From contig NW_005434596.1 of the NCBI RefSeq assembly GCF_000315625.1, positions 88,615 to 152,614 of the forward strand: 64,000 bases of DNA, written 5' to 3'. The stretch's first letter is position 1. Each line of letters opens with the position of its first letter. Positions 10,376-23,433 of the stretch are shown piece after piece. The stretch is from Guillardia theta CCMP2712 (lineage: Eukaryota > Protista > Cryptophyta). Made by a program: the position numbers and the translations under genes. A model generated the notes under the pieces. That model did not search any database. It saw only the letters and a list, made by a program, of their open reading frames with translations, and was not told the DNA's origin.

Positions 10376-12020
10376 TTCCCAACCCCCAAAATCTCTCTCC
10401 TCCTCCTCCTCCTCCTCCCATCCCCCAAAATCTCTCTCCTCCTCCTCCTCCTCCTCCTTCTCTGCCTTCCTCCTCAATCACTACCAGAAATCTTGACCTT
10501 CCCCTCTCTACTTCTCTGCCTGCCACGCCCCTCGTACACTCGCCCCTCCTCATCTGCACCACCTGTTGTTTGCGCGATAACCACCTGCATTCTCAGACCG
10601 TCCTCCACCTAACGGCCATCAACGTTAACATCATCAACATCAACATCAACAACGTCAACACCATCTGCTCTCCTCCTTGCTCCAACTCACCTCGTCGCAC
10701 TCTATGCACTTGAAGGGAATGTTTGCCATCTTCAGCGCCCGTTTCAGCTTGATACAGAAGCTGCAGTAGGACTTGCTGAAAATCTGGAGGAGGACGAGGA
10801 GGAGGAGCCAGGAGGGCGAGGAGGAGGAAAAGGAGGAGACGAAGGAGGAAGATGGCGAGAGGGAGGAAGAGGAGGAGGAGTCAGCAGCTCGACTACCAGC
10901 ACACCGGCAGCATGCTCACCATGAGCGCGTCCTCCCTCGACGAGGATCCGCCCAGGTGGCGGTCCAGCTGGCGACAGATCTCCTCCCTGTCCATCTCACT
11001 GTGCAAGTGGCCGAAGCGCGAGACGACCTCGTCCCAGTCGTCTCCGTTGAGGAACTTGCACATATGATCGTTACAGATCTGGCGCAGCTTCGGCTCCTGG
11101 TCGGACTCGTTGGAGATCCATGCAAGGAAGTCCACCTCCGACGCTAGCTGCTCCACAGCTAGCGGGACCCTCCGCAGAGAGTCAAGGATGTCCTTCTCAG
11201 GCACGACCCTCCCCGTCAGCCTCCCCCTCAGCTTCGCCCTCTCCAGCACCGAGCCCATGGAGGCATACACGTACAGGATGGCGATGCGGTACTCAGGGTG
11301 TCTCTTCTTGATATCGTTGAACACTCTCGTGTACCACTCCGCATCCCTCAGGCTCCCGTCCACCCAGATGTGCTTCCTTTGCCGCAGCGCTGCCTCCTGT
11401 GCAATCTCCACACACAGCCCGCACTCCTTGTGCGTTAGCCGCCCCGCCATGCTCGGGTCACGCTCGATGTACCCCTGCCATTCCGGCAGGCGCTCCCGGA
11501 AGGAGTCCGGATCTATCTGGACGATGTCGGGGAGCGGGAACAGCCCCTGCTCCGACATCCAGTGAATCGTCCTACTCTTACCAGCTCCCATCGCCCCTGC
11601 CGTGTAGACTATCCAGGGGTGCTGCCGGTTGGGCGTGCCCCCTCCTATCACGTCGTGGATCAAAATGTCCTGCAGCAGCTGCCTGGACTCCACGTAGTTC
11701 CCGTGCCATTCAAAGTCCCGCGTGCTCCGGATGTCGCTGAAGGGGCCCCAGACCTCGTGGCTATCCAGGTGATAGTTGCTGCAGGTGGGAAGAGAGAAGT
11801 TGTAGGAGGGAGGCACTTGAAAGTGGAAAGGAGTCAGCTTCTCCCTTGACTTCCAGATGCTGAAGAACTTGCAGTGCCAGTGAGGATCGGCCAGCGAGCC
11901 ATGGCCGCAGTGGGGCCCCTGGTGAACGGTAGGACCTGCCATGGGGTTTGCGCGGGAGTTTCTAAGGAGGACCAAGTTGATGGCGCAGAGGTTCAACAAC
12001 CTCTTCGCTGAAACGCGAAT
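10095..12020 (-). CDS. Zeta-toxin-family P-loop kinase fused to a C-terminal glutaredoxin domain; 5' end unresolved
   Basis: Main exon (to 10920) has PWIVYTAGAMGAGKS, IDPDSFR and IWVDGSLR. In-frame GT-AG exons 10691-10783, 10563-10608, 10225-10273 and 10095-10182 give LMIFSKSYCSFC...QTTGHRTSPQVFVKGRFIGGCDET...SR*. Confidence 0.85.
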
Positions 12021-12811
12021 CTGAGAGGAGAGCAGTCAGGACGATGCACAGAATGGAGCGATTGCGCAGAATGGAGCGATTGCATGAATCTCTAAGGAAG
12101 GAGCAAGAGTGGGAAGGGAGAACAATGACATCGGCGTTGGACATGGAGGTGGAGGCAGAGATGGCATTTGAGGGATTCCTGGAGGAAACTAGAGGGGCAT
12201 TGAAGAAAGAGGGTCAAGAGAAATGAAGCTGCATGAAGAAGGTGTAGATTTGGCGGAATCTTCAGACTCAAGAGACTAACTCTAGGAAAAGTTTTGAAGA
12301 GCAGGCACACCTGCATCTGACTTAGGTTCATCTCCTTTCTTCCTAACTCTCCTCCATACTTCTACGCTTCTCTCCTCTCATCACATCTGATCGCCTCTGA
12401 ATCTCCCATTCTCCTGTCACCTCCCTCCCTCTCCCGTCCTCTCCCCTCCCCTCCCCTCCCGTCCTCTTCCCTCTCCTCTCCCAGCGCCATATTCTTCGTT
12501 CTTCATTATTGCTGGTCATTGTTCTGTCCAAGTGAGGGTGGGGGTATGCAATGGAGGGGTGCGATCCTGAAAAGCAACAATAGGGGGTGATCTAACGCAT
12601 TCATGTGAGGGAAAAGGGGTGGGTTAAGAATATATATTGAAGGGGTAATGCATCTTATGGAGGGGTCCAACATAATTATCAAGGGGTGGATGAATACGAC
12701 GTGAGGTGGGGGGTTACCGCCTAAAAGGTTTTTGGAGTAATAAAGTAATAGAAAAGTGGGTGGTGACATGTGGGAGTTGGGTGGGGTAGGGTGGTGGTGG
12801 AGCAAGGCAGC

Positions 12812-13858
12812 ATGGTGGTGAGCGCGTATGAGGAGGAGAGGATGGCGAGGATGGCGGAGAATAAGAAGATCATGATGAGCTTGGGGATAGAGGACAACAT
12901 GATCCCTCTCGATCCTCTCCAGAGCAGGAGGAGGGAGAAGAAGAGTTCGTCTGTGGCTGAAGGAGGAGGACATTGCGATCTCTCAGGCGAGTCTACGACC
13001 GAGGCGGGGAACAAGAGGCTGCCCGCGAAGAAGAAGTTGAAGCGAGAGGAAGACTGGGATATGGAGCCTCTAAGACGTTCTACAAGGCTCAGGACCCGAG
13101 GGGAACTTGTGAGCCTGCCTGATGACTGGAAGGAAGGGACCTTCAGGGGTGACGTCAGCGATGATGAACTGGCAACAGATCACAAGAGACAGAGGTCAAC
13201 GGGCAAGAGAGCTGTCTACGTGAAAAGAGAGAACGGAGGCGATGAACATGATGACGACGTGAAGGAGGTGACGCCGTCGATCGTTGAGGACAGGAAACCT
13301 GCCTCCTCGGACTCTTCGAGGAATCTCCATGCTGACCTTCACTTGCTAGAGCCCGTGGTCGGCCGGAGAGTTCCGGGGGGACATGTGAAGGCTGGAGTGA
13401 TGGAATTCGTGAGCCCGAAATGTCGACCCAAGTTCAGCAAGTATGTAGGAGTGCAAGAATGGAAGAACGCCATCTTCCTGATGATGAACATCGCCTACGG
13501 GAACAGCTATGCAAACACCTTCATCGACATGGACAGCAGGATGCAAGTCACTTACTACCTGAGTGAGAAGACCAAGCCTGAAGCTCCGATCATCCCGAAA
13601 CTCGTCAAGTTCTCCAAGTACAACGGTGAAGCCGACAAGGGGCAGCCCTTCTCTGTACATCTCTTCTGCCGGCCCGCCCCGGAGTCAGTGAAGCTTGCCA
13701 ATCTCGACAACTCGGACTATGTTTATTGCGGGCGACTGAAGTTCCTGAAGAATGACGTGAGCAGATGCCCCATAGAGTTCTTGTTTGAGCTTGTAGACTA
13801 TGCTGCCCTCAAGAAGAGTCCAGATTTCCAAGCACTTCTTGATTTGCTCAAGGAATAG
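12812..13858 (+). CDS. Nuclear protein with SAYExxR...ENxxxxxSLGI N-terminal motif and C-terminal DUF3427-like (SRA/PUA-like) domain
   Basis: Single-exon ORF with KKKLKR and RRSTRLR basic motifs; C-terminal GVQEWKNAIFLMMN..Y.N.F...VHLFCR...YVYCGRL...PIEFLFEL pattern. Confidence 0.6.
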   Translation: MVVSAYEEERMARMAENKKIMMSLGIEDNMIPLDPLQSRRREKKSSSVAEGGGHCDLSGESTTEAGNKRLPAKKKLKREEDWDMEPLRRSTRLRTRGELVSLPDDWKEGTFRGDVSDDELATDHKRQRSTGKRAVYVKRENGGDEHDDDVKEVTPSIVEDRKPASSDSSRNLHADLHLLEPVVGRRVPGGHVKAGVMEFVSPKCRPKFSKYVGVQEWKNAIFLMMNIAYGNSYANTFIDMDSRMQVTYYLSEKTKPEAPIIPKLVKFSKYNGEADKGQPFSVHLFCRPAPESVKLANLDNSDYVYCGRLKFLKNDVSRCPIEFLFELVDYAALKKSPDFQALLDLLKE

Positions 13859-13995
13859 CGAGCGAGTTGAAAGATGGAGAGTGCGAGGACAGAGTGGAGC
13901 ACAACGAGGAGCAGGCGACCGTGCACAACTTTCACTGACCCGGCATCGGAATCTCCCGTCAAGCCCTCACGCAAATCTTTGACGGAAGCAATGGT

Positions 13996-15682
13996 TCACT
14001 CTTCGTATTCCTGAGAGCAGCTCTCGACGTCGAAGCACCTGGAAAGAGGGGTCAGCTGTCTGTGCCTGTCAGGCTCCCTTGCAAACCTCTTGGTTCCCGC
14101 TTTCCCGCTCGCCTTCGAGGAGCTTGCAGCCTGTGAAGTGTTGGAAGGAAGAAAACAGAACCAGGGGAGGAGACACAACATCCCATGGAGAAGAAAGAGG
14201 GCATGGACTGACCTCCTTGGCAGCAGCCAGGCGTTTCTTAGCGAACTCAACCTCAGCTGCCAGCCTCCTCTTGATCGCCATGTCCTCGAGCATCTCTTTC
14301 TCTCTTCCTCCCTTCGATTTCTTCGCTTCTTCGCTCCCCGCTGCCGATCTCTGGCCCTGTGTGCTCCTGCACTGCTGGGTTGACTTCGCAAGCTGCTCGA
14401 CGTCTTTCTGCAGTTTCTCGTTCACTTTTGCCAGAAGCTTGTTGGCCTTGATAAGGTCTTCATTTTCCGCTCGGAGTGCCATGGCCTGCAGATTTCAATC
14501 AATCGATGAGGGTTCAGAGTCTTGTACCCATCCACCTGCTGTTCGGCCTTACGGCTCTTTGGCGGCTCATCATCCTGATACTGATGTATCGCTGCGCTGT
14601 GAGATCAGAACCAAAATATCTTCGAGTAAACTACTCCACAGACCTGAACAAGTGAACCACATTGCAAGGACATATCGCGTTCCCTCAGTCACTTTCCTAA
14701 CTCTGTGTAAGTTCTCGGGACCGGAAGTGAAGAGGAGGAGCCTCCCAGCCCGCGGCTCTACGACTCGATTGACATCATCGTCGATGAACTCGAACTCGCC
14801 TCCCTCAAAGTCCTCGTGGCAGTCGTTGAGGTACAGGAGTGCTGAGTAGTCGTAAGTCGGGATGTTGGCCTTGTCCACATGAGCATTCCAGTAGATGTGA
14901 TTCGGATCCATCTCCCAGTCATCCTTCGGCACCTCACCCTTGAGCCTCGTCAGCAGAGCGCCGCTGTTGTAGAGGAAGTCGAGATCGAACTCCTGCATGA
15001 CCTGGAGCCGAATCTTGTTGATGAGGTAGTCGAACAGAGTCTTTCCCTTCACGCCAAGGCGCTCCGCACTGGGGCCATGCACAGGAGCCAAGCTGGTGGA
15101 TCCTCCCCGGTGGAAGAGGTTCTTCATCGCGACTTCCGTGGCGTCAAGGAGCAGCTTGCATTCTCGGGTGGTGGCAAAATCATCCCGCACTATCCGACGG
15201 CAGGACGACGCAGAAACAGGTGTACACTTGTCGATGATTCCATAGGCTTTGGAGTAGAAGTCAATGTCGCAGTCTACCAGGAACTCCATGTTCTCAGCTC
15301 GGTCCTGCGCTCTCAGCAAGTAAACGTCCTCCTTCCCCTCTCGATCCGCCGCTCGGATCCTCTGCCGCTGAGCCTCCTGGAAGATCGCCTGAGTTTTGAG
15401 GCTCTCGCGATCAGTCGACTCTTTTTTGTATTGGTGGGGGTTCATGTTTGCCGCCTTGGTACGTCTCTTGCGGTTCATCGCAGCCTCCTCACCCAAAAGG
15501 GTTGCTGAAGTTCTTCTCCTGTCCTCATTGGCCCGTGCTTGCCGTGCCAAAATTCTCTCCAAGAGCTGGTCGTCGTCGTCGTAGACTCTCTCCTTGGCAA
15601 AGGAGACAAACATGACGAGAAGGAGAGATATAGTGAAGAGGTGCCTTCTGGAAGCATGATGTATGCACATGGAAAACGCCAT
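13996..15682 (-). CDS. 2OG-Fe(II) oxygenase (OGFOD3/prolyl-hydroxylase-like) with N-terminal hydrophobic anchor and C-terminal coiled coil
   Basis: HVD...YSALLYLN...FEGGEFEF...EPRAGRLLLFTSGPENLHRV...GTRYVLAMWFT. It splices to AIHQYQDDE and the coiled-coil exons. Confidence 0.85.
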
Positions 15683-17618
15683 CTGTGACAAGAAGTGAAA
15701 TGCTGTAACACGTGGAGGATGCAGTGGCTCTCAGTGCTCTTGATGTCCTAGCTCCTCCTAGCTCCTCCTCTTCGTCTCTTCAGAGCTGTCTAGTTTCGCC
15801 TCTTTCCCTTGCGACTCGTCGCTACCGAACCTTCACAAGCACGGTCGCATGCGACTGGTGAGCGAAGGAATGAGGGGGATGATATATTACGCGGCTAGAC
15901 CCCGGGCCGGGAAGTTCGGAAGTTCGGACTCGGAAGTGACTGCCGGCGGCACGCCCGGCCCGGGCTCGGCCATGCTCGGCCATGACTCAGTAGCGATGCA
16001 CTAGTCTGGAAGACAGCAGTTGGCAGGATTGGGGGACTGTTTGGTTCTCGTTGTCTTATCTCTTCTCGCCCGGTGAGTGGGCAAGCGTATCAAATGGCCC
16101 GGGCCCCGGCCTGCTGCCGGGCGGACTCCAGGAGCACGGCACAAACCGAAAAAAAAGCCTCAGAATTGACTAGCCGGGTCAAGTTTTCCCAGTCCATGCA
16201 AAATAGATCCATGCAAAGGAAAGGCATGATTGCTTGTTCGCTGGTGCTTTTGAGCATGGCACTATATGGTGAGGCGGGAAGGGGAAGAGAATGCAGGAAG
16301 GCAGGAGAGCAGGAGGAGAAGCTCGCAGCCCACTCGATCTCGACCCGGATCTCGTCAAACAGGGTAGTGACTGATCAAACTTGTTCCCTGAGCATTATCA
16401 GATAAACCCCCTGATGAGAACTATCTTCCTTAGTTCATCTGTGCCCTGGCAACCTTCCTTCCTCCCGAGGACTCCTCATCGTGCGAGGTCAGTGAAGTGA
16501 ATCCCTTCCCGTTCGCGCCTCAGTCTCGTGCTCTCGTTCCTCAGTGGAGGGAGTGGACGAGGATATTCGGAGCAACGAGGTGCGGCGTCCTGGGGTACAC
16601 ACACGGCATCGGTATGCGACCGGCGTCGTTGCATGCATGACAACGCGATGTCTCTGATGTCTCTGTGCACGCTGCTCAAGCTCGGATGCCGTTCAAGGGA
16701 TGGAGCATGGAAGTGCTAAACGCCTACCAGCGGTCGAACTCCTGTCCTGATTTTGTCTCTGCCTACTCACATTGCTTGCGTTTAGTTGGAGCCCTCGATC
16801 CACCCTGCCGGACTCCGTATCAGACGCAGACTCCGACAGTTTCCTGTATAGACAGCATCCTGAATGCGTCGACGGTACCCGACGGTCGCAAGGGTGTCAT
16901 ATCGCACTGAAAGTGGTTGCAGCGGACGGGGGGCCCTTGAGAGGGTTTTGTCGACATGCAGGGCAAGTTCAAGTTGCAGCTCTATCGGTGAGGAGGGACG
17001 AGTGATGCCTGCAGGGCAGACTGACCTTTGAGCCCTTCAGACGCGAGAAGGAAACGAGACTCTCAAGGTGCTAGAAGGGGTCTGGAACTATTCGATCCCA
17101 TTCCTCTTTAGAATCAGGAAGGAGCCGTTATCGACCACATTCGGTGAATGTGCTGCTCTGTCTCTTATCCTTGCTCACTGCCTCTTGTTGCTTGCTCCTT
17201 GTTGATCGAGCAGAAGTCTTCGACAACGTTGGTCAGTCTCTGCTCGCAAGCACCCGTTTGAGTCAAAGGGAGTGTAATCATTGGAACATGGGGAGGAACC
17301 TGGTAATGGACCTGAATAGGATGGAATGAGGCCTTGCACTCACGACTGGCAATCAGGGAGCTCTGCAGATGTCAAGAGAGTGTAAGAACAGCAGCTATAG
17401 TGTCTGCATTTCCCCCTTACAGGTAAGGGATATTCAAGTGTCATCGGTATCAATCGACCTGATATTGCTTGACAACCAGCAAAAGGATCTTGACAGATGC
17501 GACGAGTATTTCATCACTTAAACATGTTTCCCTTTACTCCTTGCAAAAGCAATCTTCTTGTATCATAGCAGTACTGTTTAAAGTTCATGAACTTCAAATT
17601 TTGCCTGAGGCTATGTAA

Positions 17619-19024
17619 TCAGTTTTTGACCTCTGCAAACAGAGAGAGGTATATTCTTAATCTTACCCGATCGGCGAGTGCTGCAGAGCTAAGGTTGTAC
17701 AACTGCAACAAGTCAGCAGCTCTCCCTTCTGCTCAAGTCGGCCTACATTGTCGATCAAATGCACCCTATGGGTACCTGGACCCTTCACCTCCACCATTTC
17801 CTGTCATCAAGATCTTAGGGCAGCATCTGCGTCAGCAGAGTTTCCTACCGCCGTCATATCTGAAGCGATGCAGAAGTGCAAGAAGGCAGCTGTGACCGCG
17901 TCCAGGGCCGAGTTGCAAACTGCACAGTAGGCAGCGCTGCAAACTTGATGGTCAACAGACAATATCAGCACGCTCAGCTGGCCTCTGACCATAGCGTGCT
18001 CAGAGAGCAGCCAGCTGCTGTGATCTTGGTCAAGATCTCCTGACAGCCGAACGTCACTGCGCGGACCGCAGCTGTGGCAGCGGCCCTGCTGCCTCCCTTA
18101 CCTGGCCGTTGCGTATCAGCACCTTGGTAGACCCGTCTGTGATGATGTCGACAGCTCCGGATATGGCAATCACGCACTTGAAGCGCTTCGCCAGGGCTAT
18201 CCCCGCAGGAAGGGCCTCCTCCGACCCCGCGGTGCTGTCAACTCCCTTCCCGCCCCCAGCGCTGCCCCCACCCACTACTTCCACCTTGCAAGCGTTCGCC
18301 TGCAGGCAAGTCGTCAGGCATACCAAGAGCACCAAGCCTGAGTCACCAGAGCCATGATCTCGGAGGCGTTGCCACGGACGACCGTAGGCCGCCGTTCCAT
18401 GAGCATGGCACACTGCTCGTTGCGATGTGCTGTTGCCCCACAGCCAACAGGATCAAGGACCCAGGGCTTCCCGCAGTCATGGGCGGTGGACGCTGCGAGC
18501 TCCATCGCCTTGATCCAGTGCGGCGTCAGCGCAGTGCCCACGTTTATCGAGAGAGCGGAAGAGATCTTGGTAAACCCCTCAGCTTCTTCTACAGCATTGA
18601 CCATGGCAGGAGATGCCCCAGCCGCTGAGCAACGGGGGGTAAGGAGAAGTGCAATGGCAAGAGGGCAAGTCACCGAGCAAGACGTTAGCGGAGAAGTCCA
18701 TGGCGACGTAGTTCTGGATGCACATAACGAGGGGGTTTTGCTCCCGTAGGGAATTGATCAGCTCAGCAGGCTGGTGCAGCAACGGCATGATGGATTTAGC
18801 TGCAAGCCGATTCAGAGGTGGGATGTGACCCGAGGATCTTTAGTCTCCTCCCTCACTGATACCGAAATGCTGTCTGCTGCCTACCGTCAGTTTGTGCTTC
18901 ACGCTGCTAGGAAAATTTCTACCACCCTGGACATACACACTGTCCCTGATGCTGTCGTTGCACCCAATATCGCTGTTGTTGGTTGTTGTTGTTGTTGTTG
19001 CTGCTGCTGCTGCGTACTACTCAT
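17619..19024 (-). CDS. thiM: Hydroxyethylthiazole kinase (thiamine salvage); start uncertain
   Basis: PLVMCIQNYVAMDFSANVLL, GASPAM, INVGT, VLDPVGCGAT, RGNASEI, KGVDS, ITAAGCSL and GPGT motifs over several exons. Confidence 0.92.
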
Positions 19025-19842
19025 TCGCTCTGCTCTCCTACCTCTCCTCCTCCCGATCTCTCTCAGCTGTGCTCTCCCTCCCGTGCCTCGATCACCATTA
19101 CAGTCCTCAGTATGCCCTCATCCCTCCCGCCAACCCCACCACAACCCCACCCCACCCCCTCTTCTAAATACACTTCACAGATGACACCCCTGGTTTTCAA
19201 TCTGCATTGGTGGAGGCTACCCCGTATGGCAGAGATTTTTGGGAGTAATCAATGAGGGTAGGTAGTCTGATGGGGTCCGGTACCCTACCCCCAGACATAA
19301 TCCGTACCGAGTCATGAAAAACTCCGATGCCATGTTTCCAATATGCGCAATTGAGGGGGTAGTGGTACTTTACGTTTCCTTGGATGGTGGGTACTTAAGT
19401 ATACAAAGGAGGGGTCCCTCATGAAAGCTACAGGTATTTTCAAAACCTTGGGATTTTGGATCATCATTGAAATAATCCAATGATTTTCGCCTTACCGAAA
19501 AAGCTATTTGTTCTTTATCAAAAACCTTCACCCCCCCCCTTTACCGTTCAAAGTACCACCAATAGATGTCATTGTTAGGTCATAATTTATTTAATATAAT
19601 TATCGAAGGGGGTACTAAATTCCCACGCCCTGTGCGCCCGTCCTTCCCACATGTCCCTGGACCGTACCCACAAGCTCGATACGCATTACCCACCCCTTGC
19701 TTTCCTGTCCAGAAGGGGTGAGTACCCTACCCTACATTTTAACCCCTGTCAAATGGAATTAGAACCCGTTTATTGAGTACCCCTACCATGACTCTATATC
19801 AACCCCTACCCCTTCGTCACCTGCAAGCATTGCGATCGGGGA

Positions 19843-22800
19843 ATGCCGCTGGTGATGCGAAAGCCGCGGGGAGGGGCAGGGAGAGAGGAGGAGGACGAGG
19901 AGAGCTGGAAGAAGAGGAGAAAGAGCCAGCTCTACATATCTGATGAAATCATGAGGAAGCACTTCAATGATGTTGGCTCAGAAGACGGGCTGAACACCAG
20001 GGAAGTCCTGATGCTTGCGGACAAGCTATGGGCGACTTTCATGTCAGGATATCCTGCGTTCAGCTACGAGATCAGGAAAGAGATGGTCAAGGAAGTGATC
20101 AGCCTCTCCGAGAAGTCAGAGGACAAGCTGATCAGTTATGAGGTGTTCGCCGAGTTCTTCAGAAATCGCAGGCAAGCCTATCGCGCCTTGCATTTCGATC
20201 TTCATCATATCATTACTTGCATGAGTTCCCCTCAATCTCCTGCCATATCTTGCGATGTACTGTCCTTCTTGTATCAAATCTCTTCTTCATATGTGGATGC
20301 TTGCGGTTTCACCTCCACCTTCCTCCTCCCGTGAGACTGCTCATGTTACGTCCCTTACTTCCCTCCCCAGCCGCCAGTACTGGATTGAGTGCAACGAGCG
20401 GATCGACCAGGCAAGGCCATCATCGCCCGCAGCCAAGCAGCTCATGATGGGCGCGTCTCCTGGCCGTGCCCGGGAGTTGACAGGAGGAGTTGGACTGGAA
20501 CTTGTGCAAGAGGAGTCGACGGGTTACATCCTTATCAACTCAATGTCGCCTTGCGTGCCGCAGAGCACCAAGGTATCGTTTCCCTGGGTCTTGTTGTGTT
20601 TCTTGGCGGTTATACGACATCCTTCATGACTTTTAGTTGTGTTTCGCGTTGTGATGATATGTACTGTAATCTCGTTCACCCTGTTCGTTATTTCTGTACG
20701 ATTTCATCCCAGTTTTGTCCTCGCCACACCATACTGTCTGCAAACAAGATGTAGGGCTGAAATAATGTCTTGCAGAATCTAGTGCATCAAGGAGATCGCA
20801 TCTTGTTCGTGGACGGGGTCGACGTGGCGACTGAATCGCTCTCTCGCATCAAGTCCCGCTTCCTAGGGGAGGTTGGCACAAAGGTTCGAAGGAATGGCTG
20901 AAGGCAACAGCAATCTCGTGACGCGTTCCTGCCGTAGGTTACCCTTATCATCGCCTCGTCCAAGACCGACAAGCAATCTCGTGAAGTACTGCTGGAGAGA
21001 GTCTCGCTCGCGACCCTCTGCAGGCCCGTGGAGTCCCCGGCCGACATGAAGCTCGGTTACTCCCCCATTGCACAGTCGAGTGCCAACGGCTACTCGTCGG
21101 CTATGTCCTCGAGGAGTGCCGGAGGAGCTGAGAACGGAGAAGTTCGCCAGCAGTTGTTCCCTGATCTGTTCACAGCGCCAGGAGATTTCTGCACGAAGAT
21201 CGGAGGGCTTCTTGAATCCTCTCACGCATCCAGCCAGAGGGAACAGGAATCTGCATCCGTGCCCGGGAAAGTGAGCTCCACAAGTCGGAGAGGTCAGCAA
21301 CAACTTGCGGCCGAGCAAGGAGCAGGAGAGCAGGCAACTCGTGGGGCAGAAGCTGAAGATGTGGGGAGTGCGGAGACGAACCATAGCGACGTGAAGAGCA
21401 AGAAGGGAGGCGTCAGGCTTGCTCACAAGACGCCGTTGTTAGAAGCGACATCAGCGATCGAGAAGCTGGGCGACATGATCTCCAAGTCGATATCAGAGCA
21501 AGACAAGAAGGAGCAGCAGGATGTGCGAGACGCGCAGGCTGCCAACAGCTCGCACGAGCTTGAGAGGAGGCCGTTGGTGCACGAAATTAGGACGAGCCAG
21601 GACGGGCGGCTCCCTGCGCACCTGTACTCGGAGAATCCCAACGCCATCGACCCGGTCAAGTCTGCCTCAGGAGTTTTCCTCTCTGTTGGCGACTTCCTGA
21701 TGAAGAAGACCCCAGAGAAGGAGAAACCGGCGAAACCTCTCCAACCCCCTCCATCTCAGAGAGATGCCGAGACTCCTGAAAAGACCTCCTCTGTGGCGAT
21801 GGGCAAAGACCTGACCAACACGCTCATGCTCGTCCTGGACCCCTCGCTCCATGCTCGGTCAAGCCAGGTCCCTTGGCTCCCCGAATGATTCTTCAAGTTG
21901 AGTTGTTGCAGAATGTCAAGAAGGACGGGGAGCTGACGCAGAGAGATAGCGTTCCTTCAGAAGCCGGGGTCAGTGAGGAAGAGGGAGGGAGGGAGTTGGG
22001 GAGGGAGGGAGGGAGGGAGGGACAAGATGCTGAAAAGTGGGGCGAGTAAAGGAATCGACTAATAGAGGATGACGTTTCTTGTCTTGTGCAGGTTGGGTTG
22101 ATCCTGAAGAACATGGGGAAGGGATGCGCCGTGCAGCGCCTGCTGAATGGTGGGGCTGCTGCAAGATCCGGGGATGTGCAGATAGGAGACAGAATGTCGG
22201 TGGGAGAGGAAGCGATTACTGGTCCCTTACTTGCTACTTAACAGTGTGGCGGTAGACGGAGAGAACGTGGAGGATTTGGGGGGGAAAGAAGTCTCGTGGA
22301 AGCTGTGGGGGAAGACCGGGACAACGGTGATGGGAGAAGGAAGGGTGAGGGGAGGATGACGATGGCGCAGGTCAATGTTTCCATCCAGCGCGACAAGGCA
22401 TGGTGGAGCGTGATGGTAATTCGATGACATGAGGAGGGAGGGGTGAGGGAAGGAGCAAGCAGAGATTCTAGTGTGGATGGAAATACGATGACAGCGCAGG
22501 GGCAGAAATGACTTTTTATTTTGCAGCCTGTCCGCTTCAATGTTGTCCTCAAGCGATTGTACCACGAGAACGAAGTCAAACCGTCGGACACAGAGCTGGA
22601 CGAGGAGGAGGTTGCGGCGATCCGGAGGGAGGCACTCAAGATGGATTCAAGGCTGGTGGAGGCCACTCCGACCAAGATCGTCAGGAACATGTTCGCGCAA
22701 GCAGATCGTGCGCCAGCTGCGCGAAAGGAGGAGGAGATGCGGCAGACTGAGAGCAGAGGTTTCTTTCCTCTCCTCCCTTCCGCTGGTGCAAGTTTGAGAG

Positions 22801-23396
22801 AAGCAGCAGGGAACTCGACGCCCCCCGAGAACGCGCGGGGAAGGCCAGCCAACGTCCCCACGACGACTCCTCCTGCCTTGTCTTTCAACTCGAGGGAGTC
22901 GACTCCGACCAGCGCTCGGTCAGCCTCGTCCTCGTCCTCCCTTCCATTATCCTGCTCCTTCTCTTGCTCTTGCTCCTCTATTCTCTAGAAGGCCTCGTCG
23001 TGCTCGAGCTCGTTCTCATCCTTATCCTCGTCCTCCTCGTCCAATGCTGCGACCTTGCGAGCCTGACAGGGTTGTAGGAGGGCTGGTGTTGGATTGGCCC
23101 TTGGGAATCCTTCGGATGACCCGGACGAGGTTGTCGTGGTCGCGGTAGTCTTCCTCCTCCTGAGAAAGTCCGACCATAACGAGCTTGCAGATTCATCCTC
23201 AGTCACCTGCTGCTGAGTGTGGTTTGATCTCCCCCGGAGACAAGCTGGTAGGAGGAGGAGGGGGCTCGCGATGATGATGGAGATGACGACGATGATGACG
23301 AGGAAGAAATTGATGATGGAGATGATGATGGAGATGATGATGATGGGGATGATGATGATGATGATGATGATGACGACGACGACGACGACGACGATA

Positions 23397-23433
<37 letters not shown>

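Noticed and set aside
10198-10713. Formin/extensin-like poly-Pro ORF and poly-R/E/G ORFs
   Set aside because: Antisense or intronic readings of (CCT)n/(CCG)n within the glutaredoxin introns.
16073-17330. Possible additional gene between the oxygenase and thiM
   Set aside because: Only short ORFs with no recognisable motif; I could not build a consistent exon chain.
16340-19200. TPP riboswitch near thiM
   Set aside because: No CTGAGA plus CCTGA...TAATnCnnGCGnAGGGA core on either strand; only a loose partial resemblance near 16385-16410.
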